Shown here in pieces: positions 42,643-52,368 of a stretch of 64,000 bases of DNA (its first letter is position 1; every line of letters begins with the position of its first letter). Made by a program: the position numbers and the translations under genes. The stretch lies in contig JBBIRK010000002.1 of NCBI GenBank assembly GCA_037441845.1, positions 224,001 through 288,000 on the forward strand, in the 5' to 3' direction. Below the pieces are notes generated by a model that saw nothing but the letters and a program-made list of their open reading frames with translations, made no database searches and was not told the origin of the DNA. The stretch is from Candidatus Zixiibacteriota bacterium. Its GTDB lineage: Bacteria; Zixibacteria; MSB-5A5; UBA10806; 4484-95.

Positions 42643-44100
42643 TCATTTGCTCGGTTCGGCTGCGCTCGTCCGGATAAAATGCACCGCCCGTCTTATCCTT
42701 GCCACACAGCGCTCTTTGCCCAGCAGCTCCATCATCTCGAACAACGATGGTCCCATGGTCATTCCCGACAGCGCCAGACGGGTGGGATGTATAAGCTCCT
42801 TGGCTTTCACGCCGCGCTTGTCGGCTACCTCTCTGAGCTTGCCCTCGATCTGCGCCGATTCGAACGAGGCAACCTCTTCAAGCGCCCGCGCCAGCGCTTC
42901 GAGATTGTCGGCGATGGTCGGACCCGCGAAATGTTTGGCCGCGCCCGCAGGATCGTAATCGAAATCATCGGTGAAGAAATACCTGCCCAGCGTCACGAAA
43001 TCGGTCAGCAGGCGGCAGCGCTCTTTCAGCAGTCCGACGAACTTCATCATATATTCCCAGCGGCTGCTTATGAACAACTGCGTAGCCAATCCGGCCTCCA
43101 CCAGAAACGGGCGCAACAGATCCACCAGCTCATGATCCGGCTTCTTGCGGATATACTCGCCGTTCATCCAATACAGCTTATTCATGTCGAAAACCGCATT
43201 GGTCGGATTGATCCGCTCGAGGCTGAAACTCTTTATCATTTCATCCAGGCTCATTATCTCTTTGCCGTCTCCCGGCGACCAGCCCAGAAGCGCGATAAAA
43301 TTAACCAAGGCCTCTTTGAGAATCCCTTCCCTGCTGTAATCGGTGACCGCCGCCGCCCCATGGCGTTTGGACATCTTCGAGCGGTCTTCTCCCAATATCA
43401 GCGGCAGATGCGCGAAATGCGGCGGCTCGATTCCGAGCGCCCGATAGAGCAATATCTGCTTGAAAGTATTCGATATATGGTCGTTGCCCCGGATCACATG
43501 GCTGATTCGCATCTCATGATCGTCAACCACCACCGCCAAATTGTAAACCGCCCGCCCGTCCGATCGTGCCACTACGAAATCGTCTATGTCTTTGTTCTCA
43601 CGGGTTATCCGGCCCACCACCAGGTCGTCGAACGTGGTCGAGCCTTCTGCAACAAACAACCTTATAGCGGCCGGCAGCCCCTTTTCCAGATTTTGTTTCT
43701 TTATTTCCTCGGGTAGATTGAAACAGGTCCGATCGTAGCGCGGCGGCCTTTTTTCGGCGAGTGCCTGCTCCTGCTTTCTTTTCAAAGTCTCCGGCGAACA
43801 CCAGCAATAATAGGCTTTACCGTTTTCTATCAATTTAGCCGCATATTTCCTGTATATATCATATCGCTGCGATTGAAAAACCGGCGGTTCATCCCAGTCC
43901 AATCCGAGCCACTTGAGACTGTCGAAAATCACTTTCACCATTTCCGGCGATGATCGATCGGTGTCGGTATCCTCAATCCTCAGCAGAAATTTGCCGCCGT
44001 TGCGCCGGGCGAAAAGCCAGTTGAACAGCGCCGCTCTGGCCGTTCCTATATGGAGATACCCCGATGGCGACGGTGCTATGCGAACTCTGATTTCAGACAT
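42643..44100 (-). CDS. gltX: Glutamate-tRNA ligase
   Basis: RIAPSPSGYLHIG, LRIEDTD, HVIRG, KMSKR. Confidence 0.97.
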   Translation of the reverse strand: MSEIRVRIAPSPSGYLHIGTARAALFNWLFARRNGGKFLLRIEDTDTDRSSPEMVKVIFDSLKWLGLDWDEPPVFQSQRYDIYRKYAAKLIENGKAYYCWCSPETLKRKQEQALAEKRPPRYDRTCFNLPEEIKKQNLEKGLPAAIRLFVAEGSTTFDDLVVGRITRENKDIDDFVVARSDGRAVYNLAVVVDDHEMRISHVIRGNDHISNTFKQILLYRALGIEPPHFAHLPLILGEDRSKMSKRHGAAAVTDYSREGILKEALVNFIALLGWSPGDGKEIMSLDEMIKSFSLERINPTNAVFDMNKLYWMNGEYIRKKPDHELVDLLRPFLVEAGLATQLFISSRWEYMMKFVGLLKERCRLLTDFVTLGRYFFTDDFDYDPAGAAKHFAGPTIADNLEALARALEEVASFESAQIEGKLREVADKRGVKAKELIHPTRLALSGMTMGPSLFEMMELLGKERCVARIRRAVHFIRTSAAEPSK

Positions 44101-44491
44101 CGCCCGCCCGCTTTTCCTGCGGTAAATCGGCGGCCAAAGTCATCGTCGGTTTCGTCGGCTCCATCGCCGTCGGCTCGGCCTCGAATTTCAAGCCGCCTAC
44201 CCACCCCGCGACGATATTGTACAATATCGCGACCAATCCGGTTATTATCACCCCGTTGACCACCGCTATAAAAACCGCATAAAAAATCCCGACTAAAAAA
44301 CCGCCCAGCGGGCCGAACGCCGTCAGGCTCGCGTCTATATCGTTCGATGAAGCCAATTGCCCAACGAAGGCGAAAAAAAGTGAAAACGCCAGCCCGATCA
44401 ACAATCCCACCAGAAGCCCGATTATGGCATGCACGACGAACGATATCTTGATCGCGCTCCAAAGATCTATCCGTTTCAATTCATACTTCAT
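44093..44491 (-). CDS. Small membrane protein (DUF3566-like)
   Basis: ELKRIDLWSAIK, 2 TM segments, LYNIVAGWVGG. Confidence 0.65.
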   Translation of the reverse strand: MKYELKRIDLWSAIKISFVVHAIIGLLVGLLIGLAFSLFFAFVGQLASSNDIDASLTAFGPLGGFLVGIFYAVFIAVVNGVIITGLVAILYNIVAGWVGGLKFEAEPTAMEPTKPTMTLAADLPQEKRAGDV

Positions 44492-44743
44492 GATAAATCC
44501 CTTAATCGATATCGAATCATGGCCGCCGAAGTAAACCCACGGCCGTAAAATACCTTACAACACCATAGTTGATCCGTCGGTTCAAATCAATACCGCCGAC
44601 GCCAAATCGCAATTCGTTATCGATCCCTTCGAATTTCCTCTTTCCCGCTCAACGGTTCATTTCAAATCGGCCTTTTGCTCCCGCATCTTCTTTTCGCCGA
44701 TTGATTTCCTGCATGAGCGATGGCGCGGAATTTATTCGTAACT

Positions 44744-45238
44744 TTAATGATACGATCTAACCCTTGATGAATCTCCTGCATGTTCGGGCCAAGGTTTAAC
44801 CAGCAAGCCGAGCGACCAGCGACCGTTGGCATAGCTGAGCCGACCCAGCGTTCCCGTGCTGTAATCGAGAGCCGCGCGATTGGGATCTCCCGTCAGAAGC
44901 AGCGACGACAGATACAATAGAAACGGAGCATGTCCGACAATCATTAAATCCCGCTTATGCGCCAGGATTTGCCCCACGATCGGCTCGATTCTATCGGCCG
45001 GATTCAATCCTTTTTTCTCGAAAATTCCGCTTTTGACTTCAAGATATGAGGATATGAGCTCGGCCGTTTGCCGCGCTCTGGTTTTCCCCGAATGCCATAT
45101 CTCCGACACCGAAATCTCCAAGGGCTTGATAAGTTTCCCCAACGAACCTATTTCCGCCTGCCCTTCCGGCGAAAGTCCTTTCTGGGGATCGACCAACTCG
45201 GGATTCGGCCGGCCGTGCCTTAGCAGATATAATTCCAT
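44744..45238 (-). CDS. sixA: Phosphohistidine phosphatase SixA
   Basis: LYLLRHG, HSGKTRARQTAE, MIVGHAP. Confidence 0.88.
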   Translation of the reverse strand: MELYLLRHGRPNPELVDPQKGLSPEGQAEIGSLGKLIKPLEISVSEIWHSGKTRARQTAELISSYLEVKSGIFEKKGLNPADRIEPIVGQILAHKRDLMIVGHAPFLLYLSSLLLTGDPNRAALDYSTGTLGRLSYANGRWSLGLLVKPWPEHAGDSSRVRSYH

Positions 45239-45358
45239 TTATATCCGGCCCCTGCAAAAACTCCGAAACGCATGTGCCCGTAGCGCATAAAGTTAATCAA
45301 ACGTAATGCGGCCCCAAACGAGTGGATTCGACCATCGCGCGAACCTTCACTCTGAAAT

Positions 45359-45544
45359 TTATCGCGCCACCTTGCCCGCTTTTATACAACGGGTGCAGAC
45401 ACGCATTTTCCGCGGGCGGCCGTTAACCTTGGCGTTGACCAACTGTAAATTCGGTTTCCAGCGGCGAAGAGTCAAATTGTGGGCATGGCTGACCTGATGG
45501 CCGATTCCCGCCTTTTTGCCGCATATATCACATACTTGCGCCAT
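45359..45544 (-). CDS. rpmB: 50S ribosomal protein L28 (Zn-binding type)
   Basis: [34 protein letters not shown]. Confidence 0.97.
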   Translation of the reverse strand: MAQVCDICGKKAGIGHQVSHAHNLTLRRWKPNLQLVNAKVNGRPRKMRVCTRCIKAGKVAR

Positions 45545-45616
45545 AATTTCCTCCCGTTAATTTTCTGCAATTTTACAAATATAAGAACATTAATCGATTC
45601 ATCAAGCTATTTCTTG

Positions 45617-45775
45617 CCTATTCCCGCCCCCATCTCTGTCATTTTCATTCCCTCTTTGCCATTCCCTCTCGGCTGTTCCTCTCCGCTATTCCCATTATTC
45701 TTTATCATCCCCTTTTTTATTGATATCTGCCATTCCCGCCCTTTTTTATTTGGCATTCCCGCGCAAGCGGGGCCC
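45617..45775 (+). repeat. Degenerate tandem array 3 ending in a REP/dRS3-like palindrome
   Basis: Unit heads at about 45617, 45638, 45658, 45685, 45704, 45729, 45752; terminal GGCATTCCCGCGCAAGCGGGGCCC. Confidence 0.7.
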
Positions 45776-45811
45776 CCCCACCAAGTCCACTCCTCACATC
45801 CATTATTTTCC

Positions 45812-45841
45812 TTGACATAACCAAAGAATAAATTATATAGA
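45812..45841 (+). promoter_or_regulatory. Putative promoter for the hairpin and tRNA-Gln
   Basis: TTGACA at 45812-45817 followed at 16-18 nt by AT-rich TATATA/TATAGA. Confidence 0.5.
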
Positions 45842-45845
45842 ACTT

Positions 45846-45918
45846 GAATGTCTTTTGAAGGTCAGATGTGGTATCCATCCCCCCCTATAAAAGCCGCACT
45901 GCCTATCAAAAGACATTC
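45846..45918 (+). other. Long hairpin immediately 5' of tRNA-Gln (possible structured leader or ncRNA)
   Basis: Perfect 13-bp inverted repeat GAATGTCTTTTGA/TCAAAAGACATTC, extended inward with bulges. Confidence 0.6.
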
Positions 45919-45924
45919 CTTAAT

Positions 45925-45995
45925 TGGGGGATCGTCCAACGGCAGGACATCAGACTCTGGATCTGAGTATCGGGGTTCGAATCCCTGTCCCCCAG
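45925..45995 (+). tRNA. tRNA-Gln (anticodon CUG); CCA not encoded
   Basis: Acceptor stem TGGGGGA/TCCCCCA, anticodon arm TCAGA-CTCTGGA-TCTGA, T-loop GGTTCGAATCC. Confidence 0.96.
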
Positions 45996-46470
45996 CTTAA
46001 CCAAATCATCGGCGCTGCAGAAACCGACACACCGCCGAAACCAATCAAAGGTTCAGCCGATCATTCTTCGGCCCGCTTCATCTCCTTGCCGCCGTATTTT
46101 TCAATTCCTTATGCAGATCGCATTTGTTTTGCTGATCGCGCTTCTGATAGAAAGAGCTCGATAATGTCGCCGCCCCATCTTATCTCGGGCTTGACGACAT
46201 CCACCGGGCGGCATTCGGATAAGCGCCGGCGCCCATCTGCGATGGTCGATGCCGTTTGGCGGGCTCTTTCGAGGGCGGATTCTTTGTTTTCATTATCCGT
46301 TCCGCCCGACGCTGTTGAAAACAAATAAGATCCCGCGCGGGATCGATTTTAATGATTGACGATGGAAAGAAACTTCTTCGAGCGGATAATGCGAAAAATG
46401 AAACTAAGGCGGACCGATTGAGCGATAGCAGGTCCTTTCAATGCTGAACCCGACCTAGCCGCTCCGATAA

Positions 46471-48324
46471 TCAAATATATCTTCCCCGCAACGGCCGCGG
46501 CGGCCTCGATTTCGTCTCCCATTTCAAATCCGGAATCTCGGTCGAAATCGTCGATAGCGGTTTCGCCTCCTCTTTTACGGGAATTTCGGGCACGGTTATT
46601 TTCGGTTTGCCGGCGATTATGGCGAACGATTTTTCCGCCTCGTCGATTATCTCCTGCTTCAACCCCTGATTGGCGATCTCCTCGGTGAATTTGCGCCTGC
46701 CTTCCACCAGATCCCGCTTGAACTCTTCTATCTGCTCTTTGGAATACATCCGAGCGGCGTCATAAGCGGAAAGATCCAACCCCTCGGCCGCGTAAATATC
46801 GAGAGTGCCGAGCAGCCCCGGTTTATACTTATTGGTGCCGCGCAGATCGCCCCTTTGAATGGCCGCCATTACATTGATCGGTACCCGCGTCGCCTTGCGC
46901 ACCAACCGCTTCACCTTCTTGCCCCCCTCCTCGACCGTTTCGATCAACTCACCCATCCCGCCGGTGTTGTAAAGATAAAAATGCACTTTCCCCGGATAAT
47001 TGGCGCAAAGCTCCATCACGATATCATGGAACCGATTGACTTTCACCCCCTGCGATCCGATTATGAAATCGTCGGTGCCGACTATCCTGACCGATTCGCC
47101 GGCTTTCTCCGGCTGAGTGGCCATGCTATGGGTCGATTCGCCCCAGAGATAGGCCAAAACACCCTGCTCCGGCGTCAATTTCTGGGCAAAAGGCATGATC
47201 GTGTTCCGCCTGGTGATAAAGGCGAATACCAGCCCGTCCAACTCGGAAAGCGGCGGCAGATTCAAACTGGGATAATCGATCCTGACCAGTTTCTTCTTGC
47301 GCAATACCCGCAACTTGTCCTTGCGGATGATCGCCCGACCATTGGCGCACAATTTCTCGTCCAAAAAATCGGGATCACCGTTGGCCAAAATCATCACGTT
47401 TTCATACAGCGCCGATTTATCCATCAGCGACCAATACATCGCCTCCTGCATTTCCTTGTCCACATCGGTCTTCACGTAGAAATTCTGCTCCGATCCGAAA
47501 GCCGATCCGTCCCGCCGCAGAAAAACGATATCGTCCTGCGCCACTTGCGTCCCCTCGCCCCTCTCGAAATTCAGGCCGAGCTGATGACATGACCAGGTCG
47601 ATTTGCCGGTCGCCGTCAATCCGAACAAAAACACGCCATAACGTTTCAGCCGATTGTCTTTTTCGTCCCAAACCGTCACCACTTTCGTGCCCGCGTGAAG
47701 ACCGAGCATCCCCCGCTCGTCGGCGCACCACATCCCTTGACGTAAAAATCCTTTCTTGTCCTCGCCCATGTAATCGGTGCCCAAAGCGATATTCAGATTG
47801 TATTCCGGAAGCGTCAGTATCTGCTGCCGCATCATATGCTCTTCCGGAATATGGATCATGGTGAATTCCGGACCCGGCCGCCGCGAGGGATCGCCCAAAG
47901 TATGTCCCCACATGAACGGAAGGCGATAATTCTTGCGGTCGGCTACGCTCACGTAAAGATTGCAGATAGGATTGAATTCCGGATTATCGCCCATCTGGCG
48001 CCGGAGATGCACGAAAGGCAAGGTGCGTACATAATGCAACACCTTATGCAGCTCTTCGGGGGCGTTTTTGATAATGTTCTTTTGCAGATCGGTTAAGATC
48101 GGCAATCTCACTTTCTGGCTGCCCAGATAAACGGTCTTGGGGGCGTTCCGCGATGACACCATCGAACGCCAAGCCCAGGCGCCGTTCGAGGTGCGCGTGC
48201 CCGATTCGTGGGCGGCCGAGGTCAACTGTTTCAGCTTGTATTCCTTGATATTGGGTCCTTTAAGCGCATGTTGAAGATTATCATAAAACCGCTGATATTC
48301 CTCGACCCTGTAAATATCGCTCAT
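46471..48324 (-). CDS. Divergent phosphoenolpyruvate carboxykinase (ATP-type fold)
   Basis: GTDYMGEDKKG, LHAG, P-loop FGLTATGKST, QDD, YVKT, YENV, NGR in PckA motif order. Confidence 0.78.
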   Translation of the reverse strand: MSDIYRVEEYQRFYDNLQHALKGPNIKEYKLKQLTSAAHESGTRTSNGAWAWRSMVSSRNAPKTVYLGSQKVRLPILTDLQKNIIKNAPEELHKVLHYVRTLPFVHLRRQMGDNPEFNPICNLYVSVADRKNYRLPFMWGHTLGDPSRRPGPEFTMIHIPEEHMMRQQILTLPEYNLNIALGTDYMGEDKKGFLRQGMWCADERGMLGLHAGTKVVTVWDEKDNRLKRYGVFLFGLTATGKSTWSCHQLGLNFERGEGTQVAQDDIVFLRRDGSAFGSEQNFYVKTDVDKEMQEAMYWSLMDKSALYENVMILANGDPDFLDEKLCANGRAIIRKDKLRVLRKKKLVRIDYPSLNLPPLSELDGLVFAFITRRNTIMPFAQKLTPEQGVLAYLWGESTHSMATQPEKAGESVRIVGTDDFIIGSQGVKVNRFHDIVMELCANYPGKVHFYLYNTGGMGELIETVEEGGKKVKRLVRKATRVPINVMAAIQRGDLRGTNKYKPGLLGTLDIYAAEGLDLSAYDAARMYSKEQIEEFKRDLVEGRRKFTEEIANQGLKQEIIDEAEKSFAIIAGKPKITVPEIPVKEEAKPLSTISTEIPDLKWETKSRPPRPLRGRYI

Positions 48325-48595
48325 AACCGCTCCCCGGTCTTGCCCGACTTCATTATCATTGTCCTAAAAGAACCATCGCCGGCGGTAATATTAGCGGATC
48401 GCCTTGTTAATTGCAAATAGAAAGCGTAAGCGCCGACTGGCCATGTCAATTTCGCCGTCGGCCGATTACACCTTCTTGATTCGCTGGAAAGTCGCATTTG
48501 TTTCCGCCGAACACCAAACGAATTGCGAAACGCATATCGATCAAAAATGTCTTTGGCGGCTTTTTATGCGGGTGATTTAAGGGGAATGCTCGAGC

Positions 48596-49516
48596 CTACC
48601 AACTCACCAACAACGATCCACGGTATGACGTGTCGAGATCGTCGTGGTCAAGCAAAGCGAGATCGATCGCAAAACGTGAAATCTTCAACCCGATTCCGGT
48701 GGTCAGGTTGCCGGTATCCGAACCAGCGCGCGCATAAACGACATTTTTATAAGATGCTTCCAATCCCAGATGCAAGTCCGCGGAAATCCAACTCTGATAA
48801 AATTGCGCCGAGCTTTGTCTTCCCTCGAACCTCATATCGGCGTCGCCCGCAGCCAGCAGACCGAAATCGCCCAACCGCCGCTGATAACCCAAACCGAAAA
48901 TCACCGTCGGATTCACCGTTTCCTTGCTTCCCGATGAATACGAAAGTATGGTGCCGGTCATGTCTCTGGCGACCAGAGCGCCGCTCAAACCTGAAGCGAA
49001 CTCGTATTTTGCCCCCGCATCGAACCCTATCCCTTTGGCTGAGTAGTCGATAATCGACCGATAAATCAATTTCGCCGAAAACCCGACATCCAACCTTTCC
49101 GATTGTCTTCGCCCATAAGACAAAGTCATCACGTAGTCGGCATGAGATGCCGTTTCGCGTACACGGTAAGTCCCGAGATATTCCTCGGTAACCAGAATCC
49201 CGCCGCCGCCGAGCCGATACAGCGAAATCGCCGCCACTCCGTTGAATTTCGATTGGGCCGCCACCAGGTAATCGTGATTCAGCAGATTGCCGAAAGTCTC
49301 CGAGTGCATGAAAGCCGCCTGGCGCCCTTCGAGTTCGGCCAATCCGGCGGGATTATAATAGCTTGAATAAGGGTCGCCGCCGATAACGCTGTAAGCGCCG
49401 CCCAGGGCCAGCGCCCGGGCACCGGCCCCCAGATATAAAAATTCGCCGGCGTATTTTTCGCCCTTGATCGGCGCGCCCGCCAGCAAAATCAATAATGCAA
49501 CCGATACTTTTTTCAC
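48596..49516 (-). CDS. PorV/PorQ-family outer-membrane beta-barrel
   Basis: Signal peptide; FLYLGAGARALALGGAY...YYNPAGLA; C-terminal aromatic residue; GTG 49516 is the likely start. Confidence 0.8.
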   Translation of the reverse strand: MKKVSVALLILLAGAPIKGEKYAGEFLYLGAGARALALGGAYSVIGGDPYSSYYNPAGLAELEGRQAAFMHSETFGNLLNHDYLVAAQSKFNGVAAISLYRLGGGGILVTEEYLGTYRVRETASHADYVMTLSYGRRQSERLDVGFSAKLIYRSIIDYSAKGIGFDAGAKYEFASGLSGALVARDMTGTILSYSSGSKETVNPTVIFGLGYQRRLGDFGLLAAGDADMRFEGRQSSAQFYQSWISADLHLGLEASYKNVVYARAGSDTGNLTTGIGLKISRFAIDLALLDHDDLDTSYRGSLLVSW

Positions 49517-49580
49517 AAAACCGCTCTTAAATGAATCGATCGTCGATAATATATGAACGCCGCCCCCCGATAGCAAGTTT

Positions 49581-52202
49581 CTAATTTAATCTCTTGCCCA
49601 GATGCTCTGCTTTGAGTACCAGATCCTCGAGCTTCTGGCAGGCTTCGATCGCCTTATCCATCAATGCCTGTTCGGATACGAGAGTCCCCTCTCTGGCCTT
49701 GAGTTCCTTTTCCATCAAACCGATCTTGTTGAGTTGCCTTGTCAGCTTGTCGATATCGGCCGCCCGGCCCGCCAACTGATTTTCGAGCGCATCGAGCTCC
49801 GCCAACCGCTTGTCCATTTTGGTCAATCTTTCCTCGAGCTTCGCCGTGCGCGCCAGATTCTCCGAAATCGATTGCATCCAGTCGGTGATCTTGCCTACGA
49901 TCCTTTCGAATTCGGCCAGTTTATAGTCCAATTCGAGCGCGTCTTTAAGCCTCTTTTCCATTTCGCTTATACGGTTGTCAAGCTCACCCAGTTCAGCATG
50001 GCGTTGCTTGACCTGACCCGCCAAAGTGATTATCCGCTCCGAATCCCTATCGAGTATGGCGAATTTGTCTGCAAATCCCTGATGTTCGCCTGCCAGTATA
50101 TCGGCCTGGCTCTTGAGTTCGCTCAAATGCCTGCGGATTTCGTCGCCTTGCGCATTCCAATTCTCCATGAGACTGGTCAATTGGCTGATCCTGTTTTCGG
50201 TTTTTTCCGCCTGTTCCGCCAACTCTTTGGATTTCAGTTCGGCGTAGGTTCGCGTTTCGGCCAACTTGTCGAACGAATCGATCACCTCGCCGATATCCAG
50301 CCGCAGGTCTTCCTGATGCCGCCGCATCGCCGCGTATTCCGATTTCAAGGTTTCGAGCTGCTCGGTATTCTCCTTGATACGGTTGTCGATCGCCCCCGAG
50401 TTTTCGGCCAGCCCGGCGATTCGTGAACTTATCTGATCTATTTTTTCGCCCATCGAAATCAACGTCTTGGCTTTCATCTCGACGGCCGAAATTTTCAATT
50501 CCACCGACTCGAGATCCGCCTTGAAATTCAGCAGTTCCGCGGCTTTCTGATGCACGCGGGCGACGGTGTTGTCGAATTTCTTGAACGATTCGGAATTCTG
50601 CTCGATCAGGTCTTTCAGCCTGAGAACCTCGTTTTCCCGTTCGAGCAGCGATGAATATTTCTTCTGCAATTCGGTCGAAATTTTCTCGGTTTCCGCCAGT
50701 CGCGCCAGAATATCCGGCATCTCCAGCCAGCGCGAACGCATGGCTTCCATGTTCTTCTTCAGCCCGTCGATCGTCGAGCCGATCGATTCGAGCTCTTTGC
50801 GATCAGCGGCCACAAGACGCGCAACTTCGCTGCGATATGAGTCCAAGCGCTCCTTTATTTGATCCGCGGCCGCCGAATGGTTTTTCAGCTCGGAGACGAC
50901 CGCCATATTTTCCAAGAGCTTGTTTTCCAACGCGAGCGCCCTCTCCCGAACGGAATCTATCTTGTCCTGAATCCCGTTGATGTCGGGCACGCGACCCAGG
51001 AAATTTTCACCGTTTTCCAAAAGCAGCTCGAGATGCTGAGCCAGGGCCTTCGAATCTTGCTGCGATTGTTCGACCCGACCCATTATCCGCTCGCTCTTTT
51101 CGATCGCCGATTCGAGAGCTTTCAGATTGCCCTGCGCCTGTTCCGATTTCAATTGAAGCCCGGCCGCCGTTTGGGAAAACTCCTCGAGTTGATTGCGGAA
51201 TTTATCCAGAACCTCCGCCCGATCGTCAAGCAGGGACATCTCTTGAGTAAGTCGATCGAGCTTCTCCGCATAACTTTCGATTTGTTCTATTCTCGATTCG
51301 AGCGCCTTGACCTGATTTTCGAATCTTATGGAATCGGTCTGGATCTGCTTGATTTGTTCCCAGTCCCCCTCCATCTCCGACAACTTCGATCTTATTTCGA
51401 GGAATAGGACGTTGGCTTTGCCATACTCGATATGGGCGTTTTTCAATAGCTCTTTTTGTTTGTTGAGGCTTTTGGTTTTCGATTCGACGAATTCGGTCAA
51501 TTCGTGAAGGCTGTCGATTTTCGAACTGGCCGTCTCGAAAAGTTCGGTTGTCTTGCTTAGATTTTCGGCCATCTTCTCGGTGGCCGCCATCCAGGTGGTG
51601 ATCCGGGCCGATTCCCGGGCGATTTCGTCGGCCCACGTCTTGAACTTCTCCGCCATCTCGGCAAGTCGCTTGATTTCATTTTCGCTGCTTTCGAGCCGAT
51701 TGAGTAAATCATCGTATCTGGCGGTCAGTTCGGTTTGCCTCTGACGGGTCTGTTCGAGCTGCGGCTCGATTTCGGCCCTCACCTGTTCCGCTTCCCGGCT
51801 CAACTCCTGGACTCCGCCCAAAAGCCCGTGAATCGAGGCCAAATCCTCCTTGGCCGCCGCCGAATCCCTGGTCACCTGCAGTATCAATTCGCGAAGTTTC
51901 AGAGCTTCGATCCGAGAATCCTCGAGATCCACCATTTCTTTTTTCAAGGATTCGATTTGCTGCCTTAGTTCTTTGAAGGCGTTCTCGTATTCGGCGATTT
52001 TCTCCGCGGTTCTTTCGAAAGAAGCTGCCGTCTCCCTAATCTGGTTTACTTTGTCCGTAACGTTGCCCACCAGCAGATGCAAGCGCGATTTTTCTTTCTG
52101 GGCGCTCTCCACCATGCCCTCGAGCCGATTGGCCGATTCCTCAAGCGTCACTATCGCCTCGCTGATCTGTTCGGGACCTCTGACCTTGCGGAACTTAAAC
52201 AT
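49581..52202 (-). CDS. Long coiled-coil protein of unknown function (873 aa)
   Basis: GAGGAGG SD before ATG 52202; E/K/L/Q/S-rich heptad pattern throughout; no TM, signal peptide or Walker motif seen. Confidence 0.85.
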   Translation of the reverse strand: MFKFRKVRGPEQISEAIVTLEESANRLEGMVESAQKEKSRLHLLVGNVTDKVNQIRETAASFERTAEKIAEYENAFKELRQQIESLKKEMVDLEDSRIEALKLRELILQVTRDSAAAKEDLASIHGLLGGVQELSREAEQVRAEIEPQLEQTRQRQTELTARYDDLLNRLESSENEIKRLAEMAEKFKTWADEIARESARITTWMAATEKMAENLSKTTELFETASSKIDSLHELTEFVESKTKSLNKQKELLKNAHIEYGKANVLFLEIRSKLSEMEGDWEQIKQIQTDSIRFENQVKALESRIEQIESYAEKLDRLTQEMSLLDDRAEVLDKFRNQLEEFSQTAAGLQLKSEQAQGNLKALESAIEKSERIMGRVEQSQQDSKALAQHLELLLENGENFLGRVPDINGIQDKIDSVRERALALENKLLENMAVVSELKNHSAAADQIKERLDSYRSEVARLVAADRKELESIGSTIDGLKKNMEAMRSRWLEMPDILARLAETEKISTELQKKYSSLLERENEVLRLKDLIEQNSESFKKFDNTVARVHQKAAELLNFKADLESVELKISAVEMKAKTLISMGEKIDQISSRIAGLAENSGAIDNRIKENTEQLETLKSEYAAMRRHQEDLRLDIGEVIDSFDKLAETRTYAELKSKELAEQAEKTENRISQLTSLMENWNAQGDEIRRHLSELKSQADILAGEHQGFADKFAILDRDSERIITLAGQVKQRHAELGELDNRISEMEKRLKDALELDYKLAEFERIVGKITDWMQSISENLARTAKLEERLTKMDKRLAELDALENQLAGRAADIDKLTRQLNKIGLMEKELKAREGTLVSEQALMDKAIEACQKLEDLVLKAEHLGKRLN

Positions 52203-52368
52203 GAACAACCTCCTCAATATCGAGAACGCCGGTAACCTTTATGAACTTTATTTTTATTAGTATCGGAATAGTAATCGATTACTGAACATGGATAATTCGA
52301 TCTGATGCCAGAAAATTATTGCTTTGGCTTGCCATAAGGAATAAAATTAAAGGTTTGGTGCGACTGCT

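Noticed and set aside
45996..46470. Integrated element or att site after tRNA-Gln; 71-aa ORF at 46109-46324
   Set aside because: No integrase and no duplicate of the tRNA 3' end noticed; the ORF has no SD or motif
49581..52202. SMC/SbcC or phage tape-measure annotation
   Set aside because: No Walker A/B or signature motifs and no phage genes nearby
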